From assembly GCA_963668315.1 (NCBI GenBank), contig OY764216.1:3808001-3872000 (forward strand): a DNA stretch of 64,000 nt, read 5' to 3'. This document shows, one piece after another, positions 10,607 to 20,604 of this stretch. Made by a program: the position numbers and the translations under genes. A model generated the notes under the pieces. It saw only the letters and a program-made list of their open reading frames with translations, made no database searches and was not told the DNA's origin. Source of the stretch: Spirochaetia bacterium. Lineage in GTDB: Bacteria; Spirochaetota; Spirochaetia; DSM-2461. Numbering within the stretch: the stretch's first letter is position 1; each line of letters opens with the position of its first letter.

Positions 10607-11384
10607 TCCCTTTTACACCGTCCCATTCAATTTTGATTTTCTTGATTTTATGTCCGTCCACAGCCTGGATAATAAAACTGATGTTCTCCCAGATAATTTT
10701 TTCATTCCTTACGGGAATTTTCCCGAAAAGATTGAAGACGAAACCGCCCAGGGTATCATAATCCTCCGTAGGAATATTGCACCCCAGTTCATCGTTGATA
10801 TCTTCCAGATTCAGACGGGCGTCGCAGAGCCAACAGTTATCGGCGATCTGGACAATCTCCTCATCCTCGTTATCAAACTCGTCCTGTATATCGCCGACGA
10901 TTTCCTCGATAATGTCTTCCATGAAAACCATTCCCGATGTTCCGCCGTACTCGTCTACGGCCACGGCGATATGAACCTTTCTCTCCTTCAGCTCCCTGAG
11001 GAGAACGTCAAGCTTCATGCTTTCCGGGACGAAATAGGCTTTTCTCATTATGCTGGAGATGGTCACGGGCTCTTCCTTGATGATCTTCACAAGAAGATCC
11101 TTCACGTACAATATGCCCGTCACATCATCGATGGTGTCTTTGTAGATGGGGAAGCGGGAATGTCCCGTCTCCAGGATTCTGGCGATTAGCTCATCATAGG
11201 GCAGATCTTCCGGAATGAATACCACATCGATACGGGGAACCATGATCTCCTTGGCGGATGTTTCGGATAGCTCGACAATCCCCCGGATCATCTCCTTCTC
11301 CTCTCCGTTCAATTCATCCAGGGCTTCATGATCAACGACATCGCCGTCTCTCCCCGACCGTTTCTTAGTCCAAAATAGTTTCAT
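10593..11384 (-). CDS. corC: CorC/HlyC CBS-domain protein (Mg/Co transport associated)
   Basis: KEIMVPR, GHSRFPIY, VDEYGGTSG, EDIIEEIVGDIQDEFD, TLGGF. Confidence 0.9.
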   Translation of the reverse strand: MKLFWTKKRSGRDGDVVDHEALDELNGEEKEMIRGIVELSETSAKEIMVPRIDVVFIPEDLPYDELIARILETGHSRFPIYKDTIDDVTGILYVKDLLVKIIKEEPVTISSIMRKAYFVPESMKLDVLLRELKERKVHIAVAVDEYGGTSGMVFMEDIIEEIVGDIQDEFDNEDEEIVQIADNCWLCDARLNLEDINDELGCNIPTEDYDTLGGFVFNLFGKIPVRNEKIIWENISFIIQAVDGHKIKKIKIEWDGVKGSEEV

Positions 11385-11856
11385 CGTCCTCCGTAAACCT
11401 GATATCCTTATATTTTTTCAGAAGCGTTTCCTGCTCTTTAAGCATACCCTGCTCCCAATCATACCCCTCATGGGTCATTCCTTTCAAGTGCAAAATTCCG
11501 TGAACGATCACTCTCTTTAGCTCTTCGTCAAAGGAAATACCCAATTCGGAGGCATTTTCCCGGACCCTATCCAGGGATACGACGATATCGCCCACACTTT
11601 TCGGAAGAGAGGGATCGGGGATGAATCCTTCGGGATCGTCCCCTTCGTCCATGACAAAGGTCAGAACATCGGTGGGTCCCTCCTTGCCGCGGTAATCGCG
11701 GTTCAGTTCGGATATATAATCATCACCGCACAGGGTAAGGGACATTTCCCAGTTGGGTTCACCCAGCTCTTCTACCGCTTTCTTAAGAAAATCATTCAGT
11801 TTTCCGAAGTAGGATGGTTCCTCCATCCCTTCCACAATCAGATCAGCCTCGGCCAT
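11365..11856 (-). CDS. ybeY: rRNA maturation endoribonuclease YbeY
   Basis: LNRDYRGKEGPTDVLTF, GDIVVS, HGILHLKGMTH zinc motif. Confidence 0.95.
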   Translation of the reverse strand: MAEADLIVEGMEEPSYFGKLNDFLKKAVEELGEPNWEMSLTLCGDDYISELNRDYRGKEGPTDVLTFVMDEGDDPEGFIPDPSLPKSVGDIVVSLDRVRENASELGISFDEELKRVIVHGILHLKGMTHEGYDWEQGMLKEQETLLKKYKDIRFTEDDETILD

Positions 11857-11858
11857 AA

Positions 11859-14090
11859 TCAGTCCTCCTCCTTCTTCTGGTCGGGATATTCGATACGGGT
11901 ATGAAAATGGCCGATGAGAACGTGGACAAAACTGTCCTTGATTGTCTCCAGCTCATTAAGGGTTAAACCCGAATCGTTCAGCTCCCCGGTCTGAAGCCTG
12001 TGCATGATCAGGTCCCAGACGAATTTTTCCAGCTTGGACCGGCTGGGCTTCTTCAGGGTACGTGAAGCGGCTTCGATCGTATCGGCCAGCATAACGACAG
12101 CCGCTTCCTTGGTCTGGGGGCGGGGGCCGTAATGGCAGTAGTCGTCCTTGTTCACCGAGGACTTTCCCGACTCCTTTATCTCTTTCTCCGCCTTATCGTA
12201 AAAATAGCGGATAACGCTGGTGCCGTGATGCTGCTGAATGATGTGGATGACTTCCTCGGGAAGGTTCATCTCCCGGCCCTTCTCCACTCCGATCTTCACA
12301 TGGGCTTTGATTATCGCCGCCGAGAGGTTCGCCTTGAGTTCATCATGCTTGTTGGCGTCTTTCTGATTCTCTATGAAATAGTCGGGCTGATCCATTTTTC
12401 CGATGTCGTGGTAATAGGCGGCCACCCGGGCCAGGAGGGAATTGCAGCCGATGGCTTCGCAGGCCGGCTCCGCCATATAGGCCACGTTGATGGAATGGAC
12501 ATAGGTGCCGGCGGCCTGAATAAAGAGCCGCTTGAGAATGGGCTCGTTCAGATTGGCCAGCTCCGCCAGCCGATAGGCCGTGCAGGCGTTCATGAAATGC
12601 TCGAACAGGGGCAGCAGGGAAAGTACCAGCAGGGAGTATACGACGCCCGAAAGAAAGGCATAGAGGTTGTCCATGGCCAGCTCCGGAAGGGGCGCCTTGC
12701 CGACGAGATCAAAGTAGAGGACGCAGGCGAGATTGATGGCTCCCAGCCAGATACCCGATTTGAGGATATCGATTCTCTTTTCCCCTCCCGTCAGCACCAG
12801 TGTGCCCGCCATACCCGAAGCAAGGGAATAGATGAGCACATAGGGATCCAGCCCGCTTACGAAAAACGCGAGGAGGGAGAGAGCCAGAGCATAAACCATG
12901 ACCCCCTTCTTCTCCACCACCATCTGGGAAACCAGAAGGGTGAACAGACCGGTAGGGATAAGGACGGCATCAAAAAAGATCCGGTCCGTGGAAAGGATCT
13001 TCTCGGTAAGCACCAGGGGTACGACAAATACGGGAATACTCCAGAGAATAAGCAGAAAATTCTTTCTGTTGCTGATCTCGATGGGAAGATAGCTTATGAG
13101 TAGGACCATGAAAAGGATTAGGCCCACAAGATAGGTCAGCGGTTTTATGAGGGGGATGAGCTTAAACCGGCCGATCTGGTCCCAGTAGGCATCGAGCATC
13201 TGCTGAACCGACGAGGTAACGACCTCTCCGAGACCGATAATCTTCTCCCCCGCGTCAACGGTAATGAAGATGGGGTCTATCTGGCTGATGACCTGCTCCC
13301 TTTTTCGGGCGGTGAGCTTCTCGTTGAAATAGCAGTTCTCCTTGAGAAAAAACCGTACCATGGCCGCCGTAATGGAGAGTTCCCCGTTAACAAGGCCCCG
13401 CTCGGAAAGCAGTTTTTCCAGATAGGCTTCCAGATTGTCCCCGGTCAGAAGATCGGCGGAAGGAAGAGTGGCGATAATGCCCTCTCCCTCATTGCCGACC
13501 ACCTCGGCCACTCCCGTGGCATAGGAAGGATCCTCCCGGTAGTTGAGAAGATTAAAATAGCCCCGGTTCAGGATCTGCAGGGTGACTTCACGGGCGAATC
13601 CGAATATGACGGAATACTGGCGGTTCTCCAGCAGAAAGGCGATCTGTTCCTCTCCGAAGGGAAAGCCGAGGACCCGATAAGCGGAGAGTGAAGCGTCCCG
13701 GTCGGCAAACTTCTCGAATTCCTCCCGGTAATAATCGATATCATCCAGGATTTCCTGGGTGATACCCTCCTGGCGAACGAAGACTCCGTTAACCGATGCC
13801 AGGCGAAGGGCCGTCAGTCTTTCCGTGCCTTCCTGATCGATATAACGGAAAGGCTGCTCCGAGAAGAAATCTTCCTCGGCAATATCGCCAATGGTCATAT
13901 CATCACGGCCCCGGACCTGAGTCAGGAAACGGAAGTTATCCCCCAGAAGGATCAGGACAAGGGTAATGAAGAAAACGGCGATGAGAGTCTGCTTCAAGGC
14001 GGGGTTTCCCCAGACGGGCATCACCCCCGCCTTCAATTTGGGGAACAGGTATCTTTCCGATTCAACGGAATTACTTTTCTTGCGATTCAT
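11859..14090 (-). CDS. 7TM-HD family phosphohydrolase (PgpH-like, cyclic-di-AMP phosphodiesterase family)
   Basis: Extracellular domain, 7TM region, GTYVHS, YYHDIGK, QHHGT, MLADTIEAA; phoH-HD-ybeY context. Confidence 0.88.
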   Translation of the reverse strand: MNRKKSNSVESERYLFPKLKAGVMPVWGNPALKQTLIAVFFITLVLILLGDNFRFLTQVRGRDDMTIGDIAEEDFFSEQPFRYIDQEGTERLTALRLASVNGVFVRQEGITQEILDDIDYYREEFEKFADRDASLSAYRVLGFPFGEEQIAFLLENRQYSVIFGFAREVTLQILNRGYFNLLNYREDPSYATGVAEVVGNEGEGIIATLPSADLLTGDNLEAYLEKLLSERGLVNGELSITAAMVRFFLKENCYFNEKLTARKREQVISQIDPIFITVDAGEKIIGLGEVVTSSVQQMLDAYWDQIGRFKLIPLIKPLTYLVGLILFMVLLISYLPIEISNRKNFLLILWSIPVFVVPLVLTEKILSTDRIFFDAVLIPTGLFTLLVSQMVVEKKGVMVYALALSLLAFFVSGLDPYVLIYSLASGMAGTLVLTGGEKRIDILKSGIWLGAINLACVLYFDLVGKAPLPELAMDNLYAFLSGVVYSLLVLSLLPLFEHFMNACTAYRLAELANLNEPILKRLFIQAAGTYVHSINVAYMAEPACEAIGCNSLLARVAAYYHDIGKMDQPDYFIENQKDANKHDELKANLSAAIIKAHVKIGVEKGREMNLPEEVIHIIQQHHGTSVIRYFYDKAEKEIKESGKSSVNKDDYCHYGPRPQTKEAAVVMLADTIEAASRTLKKPSRSKLEKFVWDLIMHRLQTGELNDSGLTLNELETIKDSFVHVLIGHFHTRIEYPDQKKEED

Positions 14091-15024
14091 AGGCCATTAT
14101 TATCTGTTTGACAAGATGACTGCGGATAACGTGGGATTTATCGAAATAACAGAATCCGATGTCATCTATGTCCCTGAGGATGTCGCAGGCATGGACAAGG
14201 CCGGATTTTTTCCGGGAGGGAAGGTCAATCTGGGTAATATCCCCCGTGACGATCGCCTTGCTGCCCTCGCCCAGACGGGTGAGAAACATCTTCATCTGCG
14301 ACTGGGTCGTATTCTGCGCCTCATCGAGAACGATAAAACAGTTTTTAAGGCTCCGCCCCCTCATATAGGCCAGGGGTGACACTTCAAACAGGTTATTTTC
14401 ATTCATCCTCACCAGGAGATCGTTGGGAAGAAGATCCTCCATGGCATCGTAAAGAGGCCTGAGATAGGGATTCAGCTTCTGCTCCAGATCTCCGGGAAGA
14501 AACCCCAGGCTTTCCCCCGCTTCGACAACGGGCCGGGTGAGAATGATTTTTCTTTTTTTCTTCTGCAGAACTTCCTTAAGAGCCTGGGCTATGGCCAGAT
14601 AGGTTTTACCCGTACCGGCCGGTCCGACGGCGAAGACCATATCCTTCTCTTCCATCATTCTGATAAGAGAGGCCTGCTTGCCGTTGAAAGGATAGAGTTC
14701 GTTGTCCGATCCGGGGATGGCTATACGGCAATGGGAGAAATCCTCCCCTTCCATTTCCCCCTCGGGATGGATGCTCTTGAAAAGAGAGCGGATATACCCC
14801 TTGTCCAGATCCCTGGTGCGGGAATAGTCGGCCATCTGCTCGATGAGCGACTTGAAGAGGGGAAAATTTTCCTTGTCGGGAGATTCCAAAAAGATTTCGT
14901 TCCCCCGGGAAAAAACCCGGGAGTTCAGAAGACCGCTGACCTCTCTGAGGTTGGCGTCATTGGGTCCGCAGACCCTCCCCAGAATCCGGGGGTCTTCAAT
15001 AACCAGCATCAGCCTGTTACTCAA
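14071..15024 (-). CDS. phoH: PhoH family ATPase
   Basis: GPAGTGKT, RPVVEAGESLGFLPG, LAYMRGRSL, LDEAQN, GDITQIDL. Confidence 0.95.
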   Translation of the reverse strand: MSNRLMLVIEDPRILGRVCGPNDANLREVSGLLNSRVFSRGNEIFLESPDKENFPLFKSLIEQMADYSRTRDLDKGYIRSLFKSIHPEGEMEGEDFSHCRIAIPGSDNELYPFNGKQASLIRMMEEKDMVFAVGPAGTGKTYLAIAQALKEVLQKKKRKIILTRPVVEAGESLGFLPGDLEQKLNPYLRPLYDAMEDLLPNDLLVRMNENNLFEVSPLAYMRGRSLKNCFIVLDEAQNTTQSQMKMFLTRLGEGSKAIVTGDITQIDLPSRKKSGLVHACDILRDIDDIGFCYFDKSHVIRSHLVKQIIMAYESQEK

Positions 15025-15055
15025 TAATTACTCCTGAGGCATAAGCCACAGGTTA

Positions 15056-15085
15056 ATTTTACTCAGGCCCCGAAGGATTTGTCAA
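15056..15085 (-). promoter_or_regulatory. Sigma70 promoter of the phoH operon
   Basis: TTGACA-N18-TAAAAT upstream of RBS AGGAG. Confidence 0.7.
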
Positions 15086-15115
15086 GACAAAGGCCGGTTC
15101 TTCCGATGGTAAATA

Positions 15116-15757
15116 GTGATGGCCGGACCCGCAAAAAAACATTTCCTTACCCTTTTCTCCCTGATATTCCTCCCCTTTTACCTCTGCGGCGCGGAAGGGA
15201 ATACCCCCGGGAAAGTGCTGATTATGGGGGATTCACATGCCCATTCCCTCAAGGATGAAGCGATTTTCCACCGGGCCGGGGCGAGATGGCAGGCCGATAT
15301 CCTGGGAATATCCTCCTCCGGACTGGCCCGGCGTGATTTTTACGACTGGCTGAATTTCGCCCGGTCCCCCGAATCGGGGGGATACGACCTCTATGTGGTC
15401 ATCCTCGGAACAAACGACGGCCAGAACAGCCATGGCACGGATGATGAAGTTTTCGGCACCCTGGAATGGGAGTACCTCTATACGGCCAGGGTGGAAAGCC
15501 TCATTACCGAGCTAAAGGCCCGTGGCGAAGTGATTTGGGTGTCCATACCCCCTGTCAGGGATGAGAGCCTCAGGAGGAAAACCGAATACCTTCAGGCTCT
15601 GATCGATGAAGTGTGCCTCTACCACGGAGTCCGACAGATCGATCTGGGAGATCTGATAACGGGGGACATGCAGAATGACGACGGCATCCACCTCTCTTCC
15701 GGAGGGGTAAAGCTCGTTTCCGCCGCCCTGAGCCGGGAACTGGATGATCTTTTTTAA
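15116..15757 (+). CDS. SGNH/GDSL family (DUF459-like) exported esterase/acetyltransferase
   Basis: GDS block I, SSGLAR, LGTND block III, DGIH block V; signal peptide. Confidence 0.85.
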   Translation: MMAGPAKKHFLTLFSLIFLPFYLCGAEGNTPGKVLIMGDSHAHSLKDEAIFHRAGARWQADILGISSSGLARRDFYDWLNFARSPESGGYDLYVVILGTNDGQNSHGTDDEVFGTLEWEYLYTARVESLITELKARGEVIWVSIPPVRDESLRRKTEYLQALIDEVCLYHGVRQIDLGDLITGDMQNDDGIHLSSGGVKLVSAALSRELDDLF

Positions 15758-15802
15758 GTTTAGCTTGATGTGATTTACCTAACCGTTCTATAATTTGCCA
15801 CA

Positions 15803-17185
15803 ATGCTTTTTCCGACCCTTGACTTCGCCCTATTCTTTTTTATCCTGTTTCCCCTTTACTGGCTCCTCAAAGATGACAGGTCCGCCAGGAAGGTACTGCT
15901 GATCGCCGCCAGTTATATTTTCTACGGGTTCTGGGATGTCCGCTTCACGCTGCTGCTTTTCATCTCCTCCCTTATAAACTGGCTCATCGGCCTCAAGGGG
16001 GAGAAAAAGGGCGTAATGATACTGGGGATCATCCTCAACCTGGGTCTTCTCTTCTTTTTCAAATATACCGATTTTCTTATCCGGTCCCTCAATAATCTGT
16101 TCCTTTCCGGCGATGGCCCCATCCTGCTGAAGCCCATGGGAATCATCCTTCCCGTGGGAATCTCCTTCTTCACCTTCCAGGGCATCAGTTATGTGGTGGA
16201 CGTCTACCGGGGTGATACGGAGAAGCGAAGGAATTTTTCCGACATACTGCTCTACATATCCTTCTTCCCCCAGCTGGTGGCGGGCCCCATTCTCCGCTCC
16301 AATGTGTTTCTTCCCCAGATCAACCGTACTCCCGATCCGGAGAGTATTGATATCGGATTTGCCCTGAGAAAGATTTTCTCCGGTCTTTTCAAAAAAATCA
16401 TCATCGCCAACTATCTGGCTTCCCTGGTGGCCGACCGGGCGTTTCTCGCTCCCGGTGATTTCACGTCGGCCGACCTGGTCCTGGCCGCCTACGCCTACGG
16501 CATTCAAATATTCTGCGATTTCAGCGCCTACAGCGATATAGCCATCGGCATCGCCAATCTCCTGGGATTCCAGTTTCCCGAAAATTTCGACAAGCCCTAC
16601 GCCTCGTCGAGCCTCAGGGAGTTCTGGAGGAGATGGCACATTTCCCTCTCCACCTGGCTCAGGGATTACCTTTATATACCTCTCGGCGGTTCGCGCCATG
16701 GCGTGTTCAGGACATACAGAAATCTTTTTCTGACCATGCTGCTGGGAGGAATCTGGCACGGAGCGGGGTGGAATTTCCTTCTATGGGGAGCTATTCACGG
16801 TGCGGGCCTGGTGGGGGAAAGGCTGATTTTCCCAAAAGAGATTCATACCCGAATAGGCCGGTGGACGGGCCGGGTCATCACCTTTCATATTGTCACAGCC
16901 GCCTGGATTTTTTTCCGTGCTCCCGACTTTCCATCGGCGCTGAGCTTTTTTTCGGGACTCGGCGCCCTGCGCCCGGGGATAACGCTGCTTACCCCCTTTA
17001 CCCTGATCCTGCTGCTCATCGGCTTTTCCATGCAATATATACCTCGCCGCTGGGAAACCTTACTGGAAAAGCGCATCAATAGATTTTCCGCCCTTATAAC
17101 CGCCCTTTTTTCCGGATTGTTTTTTCTGATTCTTCAGATTCTTGCCCCCGAGGGCATGGCTCCCTTCATCTATTTTCAATTCTAG
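15803..17185 (+). CDS. MBOAT family O-acyltransferase (AlgI/PatA-like)
   Basis: LPVGISFFTFQ, FFPQLVAGPI, DFSAYSDIAIG, FWRRWHISLSTWLRDYLYIPLGG, GIWHGA, ends PFIYFQF. Confidence 0.95.
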   Translation: MLFPTLDFALFFFILFPLYWLLKDDRSARKVLLIAASYIFYGFWDVRFTLLLFISSLINWLIGLKGEKKGVMILGIILNLGLLFFFKYTDFLIRSLNNLFLSGDGPILLKPMGIILPVGISFFTFQGISYVVDVYRGDTEKRRNFSDILLYISFFPQLVAGPILRSNVFLPQINRTPDPESIDIGFALRKIFSGLFKKIIIANYLASLVADRAFLAPGDFTSADLVLAAYAYGIQIFCDFSAYSDIAIGIANLLGFQFPENFDKPYASSSLREFWRRWHISLSTWLRDYLYIPLGGSRHGVFRTYRNLFLTMLLGGIWHGAGWNFLLWGAIHGAGLVGERLIFPKEIHTRIGRWTGRVITFHIVTAAWIFFRAPDFPSALSFFSGLGALRPGITLLTPFTLILLLIGFSMQYIPRRWETLLEKRINRFSALITALFSGLFFLILQILAPEGMAPFIYFQF

Positions 17186-17195
17186 GAGATCCGGG

Positions 17196-18227
17196 ATGAA
17201 TAAAGTCGGAAAAGTGCTGCTGGTAATGTTCCTCGTCATACCCCTTATCCTCGCCTTCGGCTCCTACGGACTCTATTCCTGGTCACTCACCCTGGACGGA
17301 AAACTGGGGTACCACCTCTTCTACGCCCCCCTGTCCGGTCTCTATAAATGGGAAGAGTCCATCGGTCTGAACAGTTTTGTAGAGGAGGGACGGAACGATT
17401 TTGACAGATGGAAAAATCTCTCCTTCGCGGGGGGGCCGTCCGTTCAGGAGGAGACTCCCGTAGTAATGACAGAAGAACCGGAACAGGCCGATCCGGCAGA
17501 GGAGATCATTCCGGAGCCGGAACCGCCCCTTTTCAAGGGGGAGACCCTGGATATTCTGGTTATCGGCGATTCGCTGGCGAATTCGGTGGGGAAAAAACTC
17601 GAGCCCCTGGTCAACAGCTATCCCGACATGACCTGTCGCGTCGAGGGAGTGATCAGCTCCAACCTCATCAGGCTGGATTATTATGACTGGCTGACAGAAG
17701 GCCCCCGCTTTGCCGGGGAAATCCGTCCTGACTGTATCCTGATCTTCCTCGGAGCCAACACCATGCAGAGTTTCTACCTGGACGGTGTTTACGCCCCTCT
17801 CTTCAGCGAAACCTGGCAGAAGATCTACAAGGAGAGAGCCGGACAGCTTCTCGCGGAGCTCAAGACCCTAGATACCGATGTTTACTGGATGGTCCTCCCT
17901 CCCATGCAGAAGGAAAGCTACAATAAGAACATAACCCATCTGAACGGAATTATCGACGGGGTCTGCCTTTCGGAGGGGGTCAAGCGTTTCAGCTATACCA
18001 GCCTCCTCACCGATGAGGAGGGCTCCTACGTTTCGGAAAAAATAGTGGGAGACAGGCAGATTCTCATCCGCTCCGACGGAATCCACTTCACCCTGGAGGG
18101 AGCTTCGTACATTTCTGCCTACCTCATAGAGGAACTGAGAAGAATGTACGAAATGCCCGATCCTCCTCCGGAGGAAGCGGAAGTGATCGCCGCCGAAGGG
18201 GTTATTCCGAAGGAAAGCCAACTTTGA
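17196..18227 (+). CDS. Membrane-anchored SGNH (DUF459/PatB-like) O-acetyltransferase; start at ATG 17196
   Basis: RBS AGGAG; TM; GDSLA, LGANT, SDGIHFT. Confidence 0.85.
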   Translation: MNKVGKVLLVMFLVIPLILAFGSYGLYSWSLTLDGKLGYHLFYAPLSGLYKWEESIGLNSFVEEGRNDFDRWKNLSFAGGPSVQEETPVVMTEEPEQADPAEEIIPEPEPPLFKGETLDILVIGDSLANSVGKKLEPLVNSYPDMTCRVEGVISSNLIRLDYYDWLTEGPRFAGEIRPDCILIFLGANTMQSFYLDGVYAPLFSETWQKIYKERAGQLLAELKTLDTDVYWMVLPPMQKESYNKNITHLNGIIDGVCLSEGVKRFSYTSLLTDEEGSYVSEKIVGDRQILIRSDGIHFTLEGASYISAYLIEELRRMYEMPDPPPEEAEVIAAEGVIPKESQL

Positions 18228-19746
18228 AACAGGTTCCGCCGCCCTCCCTGTTTCGTACGTTTACATAGCCGTAGTAACCCTCGACAATCTCCTTGACGAT
18301 GGCCAGCCCCAGACCGGAATGGTTGCCCTTCTCCTCCCTGTCGGAATAGAAGCGGTTGAAGATTTTCTCCTCCATCCCCCTGGGAATGCCCGGTCCCCGG
18401 TCTTTGACGGACAGCACGATCCGGTTACCCTCTTCGCCCAGCTCCAGGTCCACCCTTTCTCCGGGAGGTGAGAAGGAGAGGGCATTATCCAGAAGGTTCG
18501 TCACGACCTGGGTCATTCTGTCCGGATTGATTTTCAGGAAGAGGGAATCCCTCGTATAGAGAAGAAAAATCCTGTTGCGGGAGCGGTAGTTGTCTATGAT
18601 ACCCTTGGTAAAACCGACCAGTTCCAGGGGGATTCTCTCCTCCCCTTCCAGCTCGGCGCCGATACGGGTGATCTCCCTGAGCCGGTCAAGAAGCCTTTCC
18701 ATGCGGCTCAGCTCCGAATAGACCCGGTTCATGAAATTGTCCCGGTCCTTCCCCTCCGATTCTCCCGCCAGTTCAATGGACGTACGTATGGAGGTCACCG
18801 GATTCTTCAGTTCGTGGACAAGATCGGCCGCCATGGAGTCGATAAAGCTGATTTTTTTTTCGAGCCTTTCCGAAAGGGTCTTGAGTGACCGGGAAAGATC
18901 GCCTATTTCATCGCGGGAGTTATACTCCTTGAAGTGTTCGCCGAAAAGGCCCCTTCTGTCCAGAACGTTCTCGGCCTGCTCGGAAAGCTTCACCACCGGC
19001 ACGGTGATACGCTGGGCCAGCAGAAGGGAGAGAAATACGGCGCATCCCAAGGCCAGAAGGAAGATGCGGATGATATCCAGCCTCAGCTTATAGAGGTCGT
19101 CAAGGATCCGGTAGGTGGATTTGGAAACGATCACCGCGCCGATAACCTCATCCATGTCATTGAAAACGGGGATGGCGGAATACAGATTGATTGATCTCTG
19201 CCCTCCGGTGGAGACCCGCGTCGCCGCACCGTAACGCCCTTCCAGCGCAGCGCGGACCTCAGGCCCCATGAGAACCTCGGTCCCGGAATAGAATTCCCCC
19301 GAGACAAGGGGCGTTTCGGGAGGGAAGAAGAGCTTCCGGAAAGTCATAATGGGATAGGTGACGATGCGGTAAAGAATGTTGACCCTGAATTCATTGGGGG
19401 CCGTGCTCTCTTCGTAGGAGCCTTCCTCGTTGACCTCTTCAAAATCACCGTTCTGCTCGACCTTCGTGGGGGGGCGGGCTGAATCGGCCAGAAGCCGTCC
19501 GTCCTTGTCGACGACACGGATTCTCGCTTCCAGTCTTTTTCTCAGGTGGTGGAGCAGTTTTTCCGCTTCCAGCCGGATATCCGGGGAAGCGCTCAGGGCA
19601 CTGCTGAAGATACGCCCCTGCTGCACCATGGCCCTTTCCTGCGTATCGAGGAGCTGCTTTTCGTAGGTATCCAGATAGAGCATGCTCACGAGGGGGATAA
19701 AAAGGAGAAGCAGATTAAAAAAAAGCAGCCGGCCCGTCAGTCTCAA
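18202..19746 (-). CDS. Sensor histidine kinase with HAMP domain (ChvG/CreC-like)
   Basis: Two TMs, HAMP (SRDEIGDLSRSL), H-box VHELKNP, NLLDNALSF, DRGPG, GLGLAIV. Confidence 0.93.
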   Translation of the reverse strand: MRLTGRLLFFNLLLLFIPLVSMLYLDTYEKQLLDTQERAMVQQGRIFSSALSASPDIRLEAEKLLHHLRKRLEARIRVVDKDGRLLADSARPPTKVEQNGDFEEVNEEGSYEESTAPNEFRVNILYRIVTYPIMTFRKLFFPPETPLVSGEFYSGTEVLMGPEVRAALEGRYGAATRVSTGGQRSINLYSAIPVFNDMDEVIGAVIVSKSTYRILDDLYKLRLDIIRIFLLALGCAVFLSLLLAQRITVPVVKLSEQAENVLDRRGLFGEHFKEYNSRDEIGDLSRSLKTLSERLEKKISFIDSMAADLVHELKNPVTSIRTSIELAGESEGKDRDNFMNRVYSELSRMERLLDRLREITRIGAELEGEERIPLELVGFTKGIIDNYRSRNRIFLLYTRDSLFLKINPDRMTQVVTNLLDNALSFSPPGERVDLELGEEGNRIVLSVKDRGPGIPRGMEEKIFNRFYSDREEKGNHSGLGLAIVKEIVEGYYGYVNVRNREGGGTCFKVGFPSE

Positions 19747-20436
19747 TCAGGACTCCTTGAAACGGTAGCCCAGGCCGTAGACAGTCTCAATAGCCGTGTA
19801 GGGCTCTTTGCCGCTCAGTTTTTTTCTCAGCCTTTTAATGTGGCTGTCGGCGGCCCGGTCGCTGACGTAGTTATCCGCGGGAAAGGCGGCCCGCATCAGC
19901 TGCTCCCGTGATTTGACAACCCCCGGGTAAGTGATCAATGACTCCAGCATCCGGAATTCCGTAACCGTGAGTTCCAGTTCCTCCTCATCCTGCCAGAGCC
20001 GGCATCCGTCGCTGTCCAGAACGAGGTCGGCGCACCGGATAATGCGGGAGGAACGGCTGGTGCGTCTCTCCGGATCCATCCGGCGGAGCAGTATCTTGAT
20101 CCTTACCATCAGCTCTTTGAGGGAAAAGGGCTTGCACACATAGTCGTCCCCCCCCATCTCCAGGCCGAGAATGCGGTCTATTTCATCGCTGCGGGAAGAG
20201 AGAAAAATAAGCGGTACGTCTTCATTGACCGAACGGATTTTCCGGCACAGTTCCAGGCCGTCCATACGGGGCATCATGACATCGAGGACCAGAAGGTCGG
20301 CCATGCCATGGGAGAGCCCCTTCCAGGCTTCTTCTCCGTTGGCGTAACACTCCACCCGGTAGCCTTCTTTCTCCAGGGCGTAGGACAAATTCTCCCTGAG
20401 GTTTTTTTCATCATCCACAACAGCAATAGTTTTCAT
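19747..20436 (-). CDS. OmpR-family response regulator (ChvI-like)
   Basis: AVVDDE, LDVMMPRMDG, KPF, DSHIKRLRKK, IETVYGLGYRF. Confidence 0.93.
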   Translation of the reverse strand: MKTIAVVDDEKNLRENLSYALEKEGYRVECYANGEEAWKGLSHGMADLLVLDVMMPRMDGLELCRKIRSVNEDVPLIFLSSRSDEIDRILGLEMGGDDYVCKPFSLKELMVRIKILLRRMDPERRTSRSSRIIRCADLVLDSDGCRLWQDEEELELTVTEFRMLESLITYPGVVKSREQLMRAAFPADNYVSDRAADSHIKRLRKKLSGKEPYTAIETVYGLGYRFKES

Positions 20437-20604
20437 GAAAAACATTCTATATCAAACGGGGGAAAAAACAAGCCCCCGCCCCGGCTTGCCCGATTCTTGC
20501 TCCGATACCGATTCCATTATGCCATAAAGAGGTTGACTGCGTGACGCTTTCGTGGTAATTTTCTTAGGTTAATTCTGAAACTAATAAACAAGGATTTTTG
20601 AAAA

